Origin: the human T2T-CHM13v2.0 reference genome, Homo sapiens
Assembly: GCF_009914755.1 (NCBI RefSeq)
Contig: NC_060928.1
Length of the DNA stretch: 64,000 bases
Reading direction: 5' to 3' (one strand)
The position numbers and the translations under genes were made by a program. The notes below the pieces were generated by a model that saw only the letters and a program-made list of their open reading frames with translations, did not search any database and was not told where the DNA came from. Every line of letters begins with the position of its first letter. Within the stretch, counting starts at the first letter, position 1. Shown here piece after piece: positions 1 to 13,733 of the stretch.

Positions 1-245
1 AGTCTGAAACTGGACAGGCTCTTCACAGTTGCCCAGGGAGGCCAAACAGAGAGAGTCTTTATACCCTGGCAAATGCTAGTCATGGGGAGACAGATGCCAG
101 AGGGAGGGGGCCTGGACTTCAGCAAGTGGCTTTCTTCAGCCTGAGGTAATTCGCCAAACGTCTGGGGAACTGCAGCTGACAGCTGCGTGTCTCTCCCAGC
201 AGTCAGGGAGTCAGTCTTTCAACCTGCAATCGGAGCATGCAGCCA
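1..245 (-). mobile_element. ERVL LTR remnant (LTR16A-like), truncated by window start
   Basis: Motifs such as tttataccc...gtcatgg, ctgacagctg and ctcccagcagtcaggg resemble the reverse complement of the recalled LTR16A 5' half; strongly diverged. Confidence 0.5.
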
Positions 246-844
246 TTTGGGGACTTTCAGTTTGCAGAGTAAGGAGAGCTTTGGTCTGGGGCGGAAACTT
301 TGCTTTTCTTTTTGTTGTTTTTCTGCTTTTTTTTTCTACTGGGGAGAACCGTATTCTTAGGCTCTGCTTCTTCCATGGGTCCCACTGTCTTCAGGAGAGG
401 CCTTCTTGGACAAGCAGCCTCCTTTCCTTAGAGAGCAGGTCATGGGGTTTCCAAGGTCACAAGTAATGTCTACCAGACATTCCGTTTACATACAGAGAAG
501 GGAGACAACTGTCTCAAAAAGTCTCTTTATTAAATCATCCCCTGGTCATCCTGTGTCATAGCCCTATATTTTTCCTTTTATGGATTTACTCCAGAGTGGG
601 AGGAAACCCACATTTTTCTCTGCTGTCTTGGGCTATGGCTTCACCTTTTGTTTAAAAATCAATCTCATCTCATCTGCTATTTTCCAAGAACTTTTCAAGA
701 ATCTAGTCTATTCATAACACCCTTTCTGGTTTTTCTGTGCTGTGATGACTTTCCTTCTTAAACCTACATTTATTTTATTCCATTTTGCTCGTGAGCAGGA
801 AGTCTGTGTATTAAGTTCTGGCCTTGATTGCAAATGCCAAGTCA

Positions 845-1729
<885 letters not shown>

Positions 1730-2242
1730 TGTATCCCTCATAACATTAATGTGCCTTGTGTTCTCATGAAAAAGAAAAACTTTAATACAATCCAAAATCC
1801 ATCAGAAAACGAGACAAACAACCTTAAAGATTCAGCGAGGCTTGGTTTGTTTCTAAAGTGATCGCTTAGGCAATAGTGCCTATAATATTGTCACCACCAA
1901 GTACTGCCTTGAGGTGTCACAGAATGTCATACGTGACAGTGATAGCATTCTACATTACACCCTCTTGCTTAATATATTTGTTTTTAACAATTTTTTTATT
2001 TCTTTGTAAACTTGACTGATTAAAATAAACTAGTATTACCTAGAAGTAGGAGGTCAATCAAAGACTAATCTACAGATATATGAAATTCAGCTGGAGTCAT
2101 TTATATGTAATAGTTGTATGACATCTGAGAAATATCACAGGACTAGGCCTTCTACTTGCCAGATATGTGACTTTGCTTTGAGCCTGTCACTTTGACCTTT
2201 AGCCTCAGGGTCCCAGCAGAAAACCTTCTTAATATGTCTCCT

Positions 2243-3170
2243 GTGTTAGTTTCTTAGGACTGCTGTAACAAAAGTTCCACAAACTTGGTGGTTGAAACAA
2301 GAGAAATGTTTTCTCTCACAGTTTGGGCAGATAGATGTTCAGAGTCAAGGTGTCAGCAGGGTTGGTTCCTCCTGGAGACTCTGACGGAGAATCTATTCCA
2401 TGTCTCTCTCTGTTCCCTGGAAAGACTGTATATGGAAAGTGGTCTGCAAATGCCAAAGCAGCTGAGAAACCAAAGAACGAGGCAGACAAATCCAGCTTGT
2501 CAGTAGAGGGTGATTTATTGGAGAATTTATAGACAGAAGCGCAATCTTGGGTGGCAGCAAGACAGGCAGATAGGCAGATCTCTGCACCTGTTACCCCCAG
2601 ACCCAGGGCTCATAGGGAAAAGGTGTACATCGTCTGTATGAATAACTAAGGGCAGCTCTCCAGAAGGGGCAAGAATGCCAGGTACGTCACAGCCTATGAT
2701 TTGTGCAATAATGTCAAGGTTGACATTTACACGAGGGACAGTACGTAAAGTAGGAATCAGGAGGCATTCACAAGACTGGGGTTGATCAGAAGTCACCGTG
2801 GCAGATTGACATCAAGGTGAGGTCACTTTTGCTCCCCACTCTCCTAGTTTCTGGCAATGTCCAGCCGTCCTTGGCGTTCCCGGCTTTCGGTGCATTGCTC
2901 CCATCTCCACCTCTGTCACCATTCCACTGTCTTTCCTCTGGGAGTCTCTTTCTATGTTTTTACCTGGCATTCTCCTATGTGTCTGTGTCCTAATTTTCCT
3001 CATCTTATTCAGACACCAGACATTAAATTAGGGTCCATCCTAATTCAGTCCGACCTCATCATAACTTGATTACATCATCAAAGACCTTATTCCCAAATAA
3101 GACCACTTTCACAGGTCCTGGGGATTCGGACTTCAGCATATCTTTTGGAGAATAAAATTCAACATGTAAC
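2243..3170 (-). mobile_element. MLT1 (MLT1C-like) MaLR LTR interrupted by LTR47
   Basis: tgtgttagtttcttaggactgctgtaacaaa...; resumes at 2839; contains aagaccttattcccaaataag and ends caacatgtaaca. Confidence 0.8.
2411..2838 (-). mobile_element. LTR47A-like ERVL solo LTR
   Basis: TG...CA ends, 5-bp TSD CTCTC (2406-2410, 2839-2843); minus strand starts tggggagcaaaagtgac, like recalled LTR47. Confidence 0.8.
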
Positions 3171-5187
3171 ATTTCCCAAACATAGAACATTTTACAGTGG
3201 CTATGGTAGTTAAGATATTCTGTGTCATGAATCTAAAACCAAGTAACCAAAGATGAAATATTTTGAGAAGGATTCTTGAACCGCCTGGAATTGAGTTGGA
3301 AATTATGAACAAAAGGAAACTGAGGACAGCAACGTTAAAGGGAATTGGGGAAGACCTTTCTTCTCATTCCTGCTCATCTATGTACCTCTGCTCCATTCTT
3401 CTCTCTAGCTGTAAATCAATGTTCTCTGTTTTCCATTTTGTGTCACAGAACATGGCTACCGACAACGTCCCAGGGCTGAAGAGAAATGTCAACCAAGAAG
3501 ATACCAATATGAACCCTTTTTAATAGAGGGAGATGGAGAAGGAGAAACCTTAGAGACTTGCCTCCTGACTTTATTTTTCCCCCCAAAAGAGATGGGCTTA
3601 TTTTCTGCAAGAAAAGAGGCTTAGAAGGCATTTTTAAAAGGAGCCAATATTAAAGTTTTGTGAAAGTTTTTCTAGGGAAGGAGAGTTATTGATGGTAGGA
3701 TGGTGTGGCATGTTCGGTATGTTGAATTGAGGTTGTGTTAGGGCCCAGGTAAGGGCAGGACACCATGTGTGTTTAGTGGGCTGACTTTCTCCTCGTTTGC
3801 TTTTCATCAGCAATGGTCAATAACTCCTGTGTGTCAGATGGTTACTAGAGGAGGATGTTAGACAGCTGCTAGGTGAGCCCAGCATCTTTACATGAACAAC
3901 CCAAGGGGACACTGCAAGTTTATTCAACCTTATCTGTGTTAGAGTATCTTCATGGCCACATGGTAGGTTGTGAGATGGATATATAAAGTTTTAGTAAAAT
4001 CACTTTTCAGATTTCCTTGTAGATATGTTTAACCCTTAACTTCCAAGGAAAAGCAACATTTTTAAAAATAAGTCAGGCCTTCTTAGTAAATATGTGTTGA
4101 ATTACTAATTTTATAAATTGAACTCACAAAGAAATAACATTTGATTTATAAATATGGGTATGTGTGGTTATTTCATCCTTGGAGAAACTTCAGGAGCGAC
4201 CCTTTGCTCTTTATAAATCCACTGACTCAGGCAGAGTCATAGGCAACAGAAAGAAGCCCACATTCTTGCCTCACTAGTTCATTAGTTTTTAAGCAAGATA
4301 TTTAAAAATTACCTCTAGCACACTAAAAAGTACTGTCTTGCCAAAACTTTAGTTTTTTTTCCTTTCTCTTTTTGTTTGTTTGCAAGGGGCAGTCTAAATA
4401 GAATATCAACTTAAAGAAGGCCAGGGCATGGTAAATTAATTTCTTTATAATCTTATTTTCTATTTCTCCTTTTTCTTATTTTTTCTTTCTTCTTCTCAGT
4501 TGAAATACTCTTTTCAATATTTGTTAATTACCTATCCTGATATTTTTAAACCACCATCTCCCTCTCTCCAAGATTTCCTTATTCTCATTCCCCAAATAAT
4601 GTAAGTCTAAGGAAGCGTCTTTCTAAAAGCTTTCCCACAGGTAGGTGATAAAAAGCTGAGGAGATTTTCTTCTTTCTTTTCAGTGGGTGTTGGTGTGATC
4701 AGTGACGGGAGAAAGCACTTCCCGTGCAGTGCAGTTCTTGTAAAGGGAGGAGTAGAGGGGTGGTGTCTGTTTGATGAATAGCTTTCATTGTTTTTTATTT
4801 ATTTTCCCCAAAGCAGTGTTCTCCGGGCAGAATACTTGATTGTAAAAGCAGGAGACTTGTATTCACCTTCTCGTTTTACATTGATTTTCTGTTCTGCTTG
4901 AAGCCTTTGTGTTTATAAATGTAAAAAGAAAAAATTAAGAAAATCTGCCTGTATTTCACATGGTGATTTTGGGCCTGCCTCTTGACTGGGGCACCAGTTG
5001 CCTTTTTCATAGGAAAGTGTAGAGGTGTAGACGTCACATCCACTGTATGCACTAAGCTTCCCTAGAGGTCATCTGCCTGTGGGTATTAAATGGGGCTGTA
5101 ATCATGGTCTCTGCTGGACTTTATTCCCCTGTGCTCATAGTTTTCAGAGTGTTGGTGAGTGATTCAAGCAAGTACAGCCAACTGTGT

Positions 5188-5240
5188 TACCAGCTATCAC
5201 ACGATGCCCTATTTTTCTACCAGCTATCACACGATGCCCC
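5188..5240. repeat. Tandem duplication, 30-bp period
   Basis: taccagctatcacacgatgccc occurs twice, 30 bp apart. Confidence 0.9.
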
Positions 5241-5386
5241 ATATTTCCTTTTTTCTCCCCTTTCTGCCATCCATTGGGCACCAGAACCCTCTGTCCCCTG
5301 ATTCAGCTATGACTCTCTGAAGCTTCAGGGCGTTGTCATGTTAGGGGAGGGTGGGGACGGACCTGCATTTCTCTCACATTCTGTCA

Positions 5387-5484
5387 CATCCCATTAGACC
5401 TCTGTATAGACCCCATGCTGTACTCAGGATCTCTATCATCCCATTAGACCTCTGTATAGACCCCATGCTGTACTCAGGATCTCT
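5387..5484. repeat. Perfect tandem duplication, 50-bp period
   Basis: catcccattagacctctgtatagaccccatgctgtactcaggatctct x2. Confidence 0.95.
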
Positions 5485-6083
5485 CCACATTTTCACTTGC
5501 TTGAACTTGCTGTGACTCTACAGTTTTCATGCCCTTCGGGTGAGTTATGCCCTAGGATGCCTCACAGTTTCCCAAAGTGAGCTTTGTCCAACTGAAGTCA
5601 AAACAGACACCTCTCTAATGACTGTAGTCTGTACAATGTAGATACTATATTCAGGAAAAATAAACAAAATACAAATTTGTCTATACATGTGTATGTGTGT
5701 GTGTATGTGTAAGCCCCAATATGTGGTGTTTTATAGATAATGGGAATATTTTCTTTGAAAATATCACTCTTAAAGAAAGATTTAAAAGTAAGAAAAAAAT
5801 AGAAATATCTTTTATGCATATTCATCTATTTTTGAAGTCTGCAACTATAACAGTGGATTCACCTATTCCTTGCATTTCTATCCATTTTTGCCTCACACGT
5901 TTTGATGCTCTGCTGTTAGGCTCCTGCCTGTTAAGCACTGTTACATCTTCATGGAGAAATGACCCATTTATCGTCACTTAATATTCTTCTTCTTTACTCC
6001 TGATAACTTTCCTTGTTCTGAAGTCTGCTCTGCCTAAAGTTCACAGAGTTACTCCTGCTTTCTTTTGATTAGTGCTAGTATAG

Positions 6084-6403
<320 letters not shown>

Positions 6404-6602
6404 CATCTATTTACTTTTAATCTATATGTCTTTATAGTTAAAGTGAGTTTCTTGTAGACAACATATACTTGGGTCTTATTTTTTGATCCATTCTGATAAT
6501 CTTTGTCTTTTAATAGTTACATTTAGACCATTGATGTTCAAGGTAATAACAGGTATAGTTGGATTAATATCAACTGTATTTGTAATACTTTCTATTTGTT
6601 GA

Positions 6603-6903
<301 letters not shown>

Positions 6904-7387
6904 TCCCTGGTTCTTTGTTTCTATTTTTGTATTTCACTCTTTTTCTGCCTTTGTGTATTTAATTGAGCATTTTATAGGATTCAATTTCCTCTCATTTCTT
7001 AGAGTTTGCAATACACATTTACAAATAATATAAACCCATTTTGAAACAACACTTACCACTTCAGAATAGTATGAATAGCTTATAATAACAATCCTAAATC
7101 CTCCCTCCCATTTCTTGTATCATTGCTGTCACTCATTTCACTTACATATAAGCATACATACATATATATACACACATAAGATAGATACATAAGCATATAT
7201 AATAAAATACATTATTGCTATTGTTATTTTGAACAAATTGTAATCTCAGGCCAATCAAAAATAAGGAAAATAAAGAATTTTAATTTACCTTCACTCATTA
7301 TTTAATCAATGCTCTTCCTTTCTTGCTATAAACTCCAGTTTCTGACTTAAATTATTCATCCTCTCCCTAAAGATTTTCTTTTAACAT

Positions 7388-7764
7388 TTCTTTTCTTTTG
7401 AAAATAGAATCATGCTTTGTCATTCAGGATGGAATGCTGTGGCATAATCAACACTCATTGCACCTCAACCTCCTGGGCTCAAGCAATCCTCCCACCTCAG
7501 CCTCCCAAGGAGCTAGGACTACAGGCACTTGCTCACTACACCTTCAACCTCCTGGGCTCAAACAGTCCTCCCACCTCAGCCTCCCAAGGAGCTAGGACCA
7601 CAGGCAGTTGCCACTATGCCTGGCTAATTTTTATTTTTATTCTTTGTAGAGACAGGTGTCTTGGATTTTTGGCCCAGGCTGGTCTCAAATTCCTGGACTC
7701 AAGTGAGCCTACTGCCCTCAGCCTCCCAAAGTGCTAGGATTACAGACATGAGCCATCATCAACC
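7388..7764 (-). mobile_element. AluJ with internal 79-bp duplication
   Basis: Right-arm block tcctgggctcaa...caggca repeated at 7471 and 7550. Confidence 0.85.
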
Positions 7765-9039
7765 ACGTTCTTTTAGTATTTCTTGCAACTGACAGAATTT
7801 TTTTTTTATCTCTAGCATTTCTTTTTGTTTTTTTTCTTAAGATTTTCATTTCTCTGTTTACATTGCTCACCTGTTTTTGCATGCTGTCTGCTTTATGCGT
7901 TAGGGCTTTTAGCATATTAATAATAATTGCTTTAAATTCCCTGTTTGATAATCCCACCATTTTTATCATGCCTGGTTCTCATGCTTGCTCTTTCTCTTCA
8001 ATCTGTATTTGTTTTTTGTTCTTTGCCTTTTAGTATGCCTTGTAATTTTTTTTTTTTTTTTGAGAGCCAGACATGTATTGGATAAAAGGAGCTGCTGTAA
8101 TTAGGCCTTTTGTAATGTAGTGGTGAAATGTTGGGAGAGTGTAAATGTTCTACAGTCCTATAATTAGGTCTCAGTCTTTTGGTGAACCTATGCCTTTGGA
8201 CTGTAACCTTCACAAATGTTTCTGATTTCCCACTCTTAAGTGGGGGCAGGATGGCTAGATGGGCTATAGTTGAGTATTTCTCTGCTCTCATGTGGAAGCT
8301 AAAGTTGGCTGCAGTTGTGCATTTTCTCTTTCACAGGTTAGTTAGACTATGTTAAAACCCTGTCAAGTTAGGCTCTATTTCATTCCTCTTCAGGGTAGAC
8401 CTCATTAAGCAGAATGCAGTGCCATGCATACTTCAAAATGGTTTCTTTTCCCCTCCCCTTGCTGGAAGCATTGGGGGATTTTTCTCCAATATTTAGTATG
8501 TGAACCTGGCCAACCTTGAGAGAGAAGAATACAAAAGCATGGGGGCTCCCTATAACTGGAACTTCATGGAATTTTTAACTCTCAGACTTGTTCACACTGA
8601 TCCTCCAACAATTTATCAATTAAAGTTCAGATTTCCTTACCCTGGCACTGGTTCCTGCAGAGAATTTTGCTCCAGTATGGTGTGATTCTCTGTATATGCC
8701 TTTTTGTTTTCAATCTGGAGGCAGCAGTTTGACCTAATTTTTCTTATGGCTCTTGGCATACTTGTTGATTTTTCACTTTTTTTTTCAAGTTTATACTTGT
8801 TAGAATAAAGTTGTGACTTCCAAGTTATTTTCATGAGGAACTCAAGATTCATCTATTTTTAACATTTTTATCCATTTCCATTTTCCATTTGGCTGTCCTT
8901 TCTCTGTGAATATACCCATGCATATTTCATAAGAATTGGGATATTCTCTGACAGAACTACATTACAGTTACCAACTTCAGGAAATGAGATTAAATCTTTT
9001 AATCCAATCTACCATCAGTATTCTAATTCTGTGAAATGA

Positions 9040-9423
<384 letters not shown>

Positions 9424-9881
9424 TAAAATCAGATGTTTAGTTTTTATGTCTCTTTATTTTCTTTTAATCTAGAATATGCTAGAACACTTCCACAGGATTC
9501 TTTGTCTTTTATGATTTTGGCTGCTTAGAATATTCCTTTGGGTTTTTCCAGTGTTTTCTCATAATTAGATTTAATTTATGAATTCCTGACCATATCACAT
9601 CTGGGGCCACATGACATCCTCATGTTCCTCAATGGCAACATTACTTTCGATCCCTCTGTTAAGATGTCATCCAATTTCTCCACTATATAATTATTATATT
9701 TTCCCATGCTACTCATAAGTGGTCCAGGAGAAACACTTTACGACCATGCGAATATCCTATTTTTCATCAAAATATTGCTCTGGATTTAATATCTTTGTGA
9801 TTTGTGCCTGAACTAATCTTTATTTCGATGGTTATAAAATGATGATTTTCTAGTTCTGTTTCCAGTTTCGATTTCTAGTTT

Positions 9882-10617
9882 CTAGAAGCCGGACAGGTTC
9901 TTCTTTCCTGCTGCACAGATAGAATCGATTTGCCAAGACAGCTGATTTCCAATAGAGAAAGATGTTAATAAACGCAGAGCCAGCGAAGCAGAAGACCAGA
10001 ATTTATTGCTCAAATCAGTCTCTCTGGAAATTTAGAGACTAAGGTTTTTAAGGATAACTTGCTGGGCGGGGGGGTAGGGAAATGGGTAATGCTGATTGGT
10101 TGGGTCTAAGATGAAATCATGGAGGCTAAAGCTGTCTTCTCACTGTCTTTAGTTTCTGGGATCACAAAACCAGTTGAGCCAGTTTATTGGTTCAGGTGTG
10201 CAACAGCTGGTCCAATCACATGCAGGGTCTGAAAAATACCCTGAACACCAATCTTAGGTTTTACAATCGTGATGTTTTCTATAGGAGCAATTGAAGAGGT
10301 TACAAATCTTGTGGTCTTTGGCTGAATGGCTCCTGAGCCACAACCCTCAACTTGTGCCAAATTTGTTAGTTTTCTGAAGGAGGCTTTTGGTCCCTGAGTC
10401 AGGATGAGATTCCTTTCCAGAAGAAGCTGTTATCATCTTTGTTTTAAAGTTAAGCTAAATTTCCTCCACAATTAGCTTGGCCTATGGCCAAGAATTAACA
10501 AGGACAGCTTGGAGGTTAGAAACAAGATGGAGTCAGTTAGGCTGGATTTCTTTCACTGTCATAATTTTTCTATGTCATATTTCTTTTACTGTCATAATTT
10601 CTGCAAATGTGGTTTCA
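9882..10617 (-). mobile_element. LTR8 (LTR8A/B-like) ERV1 solo LTR inserted in an old L1M remnant
   Basis: Minus strand begins tgaaaccacatttgcagaaattatgacag and contains gactccatcttgtttctaacctccaagctgtcc, as in recalled LTR8; left boundary approximate. Confidence 0.8.
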
Positions 10618-12648
10618 GTTTTAGCATTCCCTACACATTTTCTAGTTGGCGTGTAACAGTCTATTGTCAGCAAAATAAAAGCTAGGTCTTAAGTCAATGT
10701 GAATTATTGGACCTGAATTTGTGTGCATGCCGACACATATATACACCATGCACACACATATGTATATTTTTAAAAAGATAAATGCATATATATCTGCATA
10801 TTTAATGGATGAGAAGACCTTTCTTCTTTATATCACTTGTGAAGAGCTTTGTTCTCATATGCTGATTTGGAAATCTCAGAATATTTTTTGATCCTAATAT
10901 TCAATAATGAGTAATCAATCATGAAACCTCTGTTGAAGTTTATATTCTAAAATCGTCATTTATTTTTAAAAATTCATTTGAAAACATTTAGTTGTGGCTA
11001 TAAGTTGTTAGTAGAAAAAATTAGAACTGAAACTCACTTGTTACCAGAACTAAAGAAAAAAGGCAAAAAGGATTTTATCTCTGCTTTGCATCCATAAGGG
11101 AAATGAACATAACTAATATTCGGTGGAACTTTTATGTAAAAATACAGCTCTTGAATTTGTGAAAGCAAATATAAGCCAACACTCCTTTTTTTAAAAAAAA
11201 AAATTGGTTATTACCTAATTTACGTTGTGTCTACATAAACCAATTTAAAGTCTGATTTTAACATTCAGTGTGGGCCAAGAGAAGGGGAAGAAAAGTACCA
11301 TTAAGATAAAAAAGGGGAGGGGCCAAGATGGTGGAATAGAAACAGGTCCAGTCTACAGCTCCCAGTGAGACCAATGCAGAAGGTGGGTGATTTCTGCATT
11401 TCCAACTGAGGTACCCAGTTCATCTCACTGGGACTGGTTTTGGGTGCAGCCCAGGGAGAGTGAGCAGAAGCAGGATGGGGCATCATTTCACCCAGGAAGT
11501 GCACGGAGCCGGGGGACCTCCCTCCCCCAGCCAGGGGAAGTGATGAGGGACTGTACCCACCCCGGGTACAGCTTTCCCAGTGGATTTTTTGCAATCTGCA
11601 AACCAGGAGATTCCCTCGTGAGCCTGCACCACCAGGGCCCTGGATTTCAAGCACAAAACTGGACAGCTGTTTGGGCAAGCACTAAGCTAGCTGCAGGAGT
11701 TTTCTTCATACCCCAGTGGTGCCTGGAACCCCAGCAAGACAGAACCATTTACTCTCCTGGAAAGGAGGCTGAAGCCAGGGAGCCAAGTGTTCTTGCTCAG
11801 CAGGTCCCACTCCCATGGAGCCCAGCAAGCTAAGAACCACTGGCTTGAAATTCTCACTGCCAGCACAGCAGTCTGGAGTCGACCTGGGATGATGGAGCTT
11901 GGTGGGGGGAGGGGCATCTGCCATTACTGAGACTTTAGGAGGCGATTTTCCTCTGACAGTGCTAAGGAGACTGGGAGGTTTGGATTGGGCAGAATTCACC
12001 ACAGTGCAGCGAAGCAGCTGCGGCCAGACTGCTTCTCTAGATTTCTCCTCACTGGGAAGGGCATCTCTGAAGGAAATACAGCAGCCCCAGTCAGGGGCTT
12101 ACAGATAAAACTCTCATCTTCCTAGGACATAGCACCTGGGGAGAGGGGCAGCGGTGGGCACAGCTTCAGCAGACTTAATCTTTTCTGCCTGCCGGCTCTG
12201 AAGAGAGCAGCTGATCCTGACAATGGGGATTCTCCAAGCATAGCACACCAGCTCTGCTAAGGGACAGACTGCCTCCTCAAGTGGGTTCCTGGTCCCCATG
12301 CCTCCTAACTGGGAGACACCTCCCAAAAGGGGTCAACAGACACCTCACAGAGGAGAGCTCCAACTGGCCTCAAACCGGTGCCCCTCTGGGACAAAGCTTC
12401 CAGAAGAAGGAGCAGGCAGCAATCTTTGCTGTTCAGCAGCCTCCGTTGTTGACACCCAGGTGAACAGGGTCTGGAGTAGACCTCCAGCAAACTCCAGCAG
12501 ACCTGCAGAAGAGGCGACTGACTGTTAGAAGTAAAAACTAACAAACAGAAAGTAACAACAACAACAACATCAACAAAAAAGAACCCACACAAAAACCCCA
12601 TCCAATGGTCATTAGCCTCAAATATCAAAGGTAGATAAATCCATGAAG

Positions 12649-13674
12649 ATGATGAAAAACCAGTGCAAAAACGCTGAAAATTCCAAAAGCTAGAATGCCT
12701 CTTTTCCTCCAAATGATCGCAACTGTTCTCCAGCAAGGGTGCAAAACTGGACAGACAATGAGATTGATGAATTGTTAGCAGTAGGCTTTAGAAGGTGGGT
12801 AATAACAAACTCCTCTGAGCTAAAGGAGCATGTTCTAATCCAATGCAAGGAAGCTAAGAACCTTGATAAAAAGTTACAGGAACTACTAACTAGAGTAATC
12901 AGTTCATAGAGGAAGATAAATGACCTGATGGAGCTAAAAAGCACAGCACGAGAACTTCGTGAAGCATACACAAGTGTCAGCAGCTGAATCAATCAAGCAG
13001 AAGAAAGGATATTAGAGATTGAAGATGACCTTGCTGAAATAAAGTGTGCAGACTAGATTACAGAAAAAAGAATGAAAAGGAACAAACAAAGCCTCCAAGA
13101 AATATGGGACTAGGTGAAAAGACCAAGCCTGTGTTTGATTGGATTACCTGAAAGTGATGGGGAGAATGGAACCAAGTTGAGAAACACACTTCAGGATATT
13201 ATCCAGGAGAATGTCCCCAGCCTAACAAGACAGGCCAACATTTGATTTCAGGAAATACACACAACACGACTAAGATACTCTATGAGAAGATCAACCTCAG
13301 GACACATAATCATCAGATTCTCCAAGGTTGAAATGAAGGAAAAAATTTTAAGCTCAGCCAGAGAGAAAGGTTGGGTCACTTATGAAAGAAAGCCCATCAG
13401 ACTAACAGTGTATCTCTCTGAAGAAACCCTATAAGCCAGAAGAGAGTGGGGGCCAATATTCAACATTCTTAAAGGAAAGAATTTTCAACCCAGAATTTCA
13501 TATCCAGCCAAACTAAGTTTCATAAGTGAAGGAGGAATAAATTCCTTTCCAGACAAGCAAATGCTGAGGGATTTTGTCAACATCAGGCCTGCCTTACAAG
13601 AGCTCCTGAAGGAAGCACTAAATATGGAAAGGAAAAACCAGTACCAGACACCACAAAAACACACCAAAATATAG
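12649..13674 (+). pseudogene. L1 ORF1p remnant (premature stops)
   Basis: Starts atgatgaaaaaccagtgc; in-frame TAG shortly after the start and further disruptions; canonical C-terminal region ending aaaatatag. Confidence 0.85.
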
Positions 13675-13733
13675 AGACAATGACACTACAAAGAAACTGC
13701 ATCAACTAATGTGCAAAATAACCAGCTAGCATC

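Noticed and set aside
3260-3780. Possible very old MLT1 fragment
   Set aside because: Too diverged to assign boundaries or family by eye.
11301-12992. Long overlapping ORFs (up to 148 aa) in the L1 5'UTR and antisense to ORF1
   Set aside because: Expected in GC-rich L1 UTR and antisense frames; no independent coding evidence.
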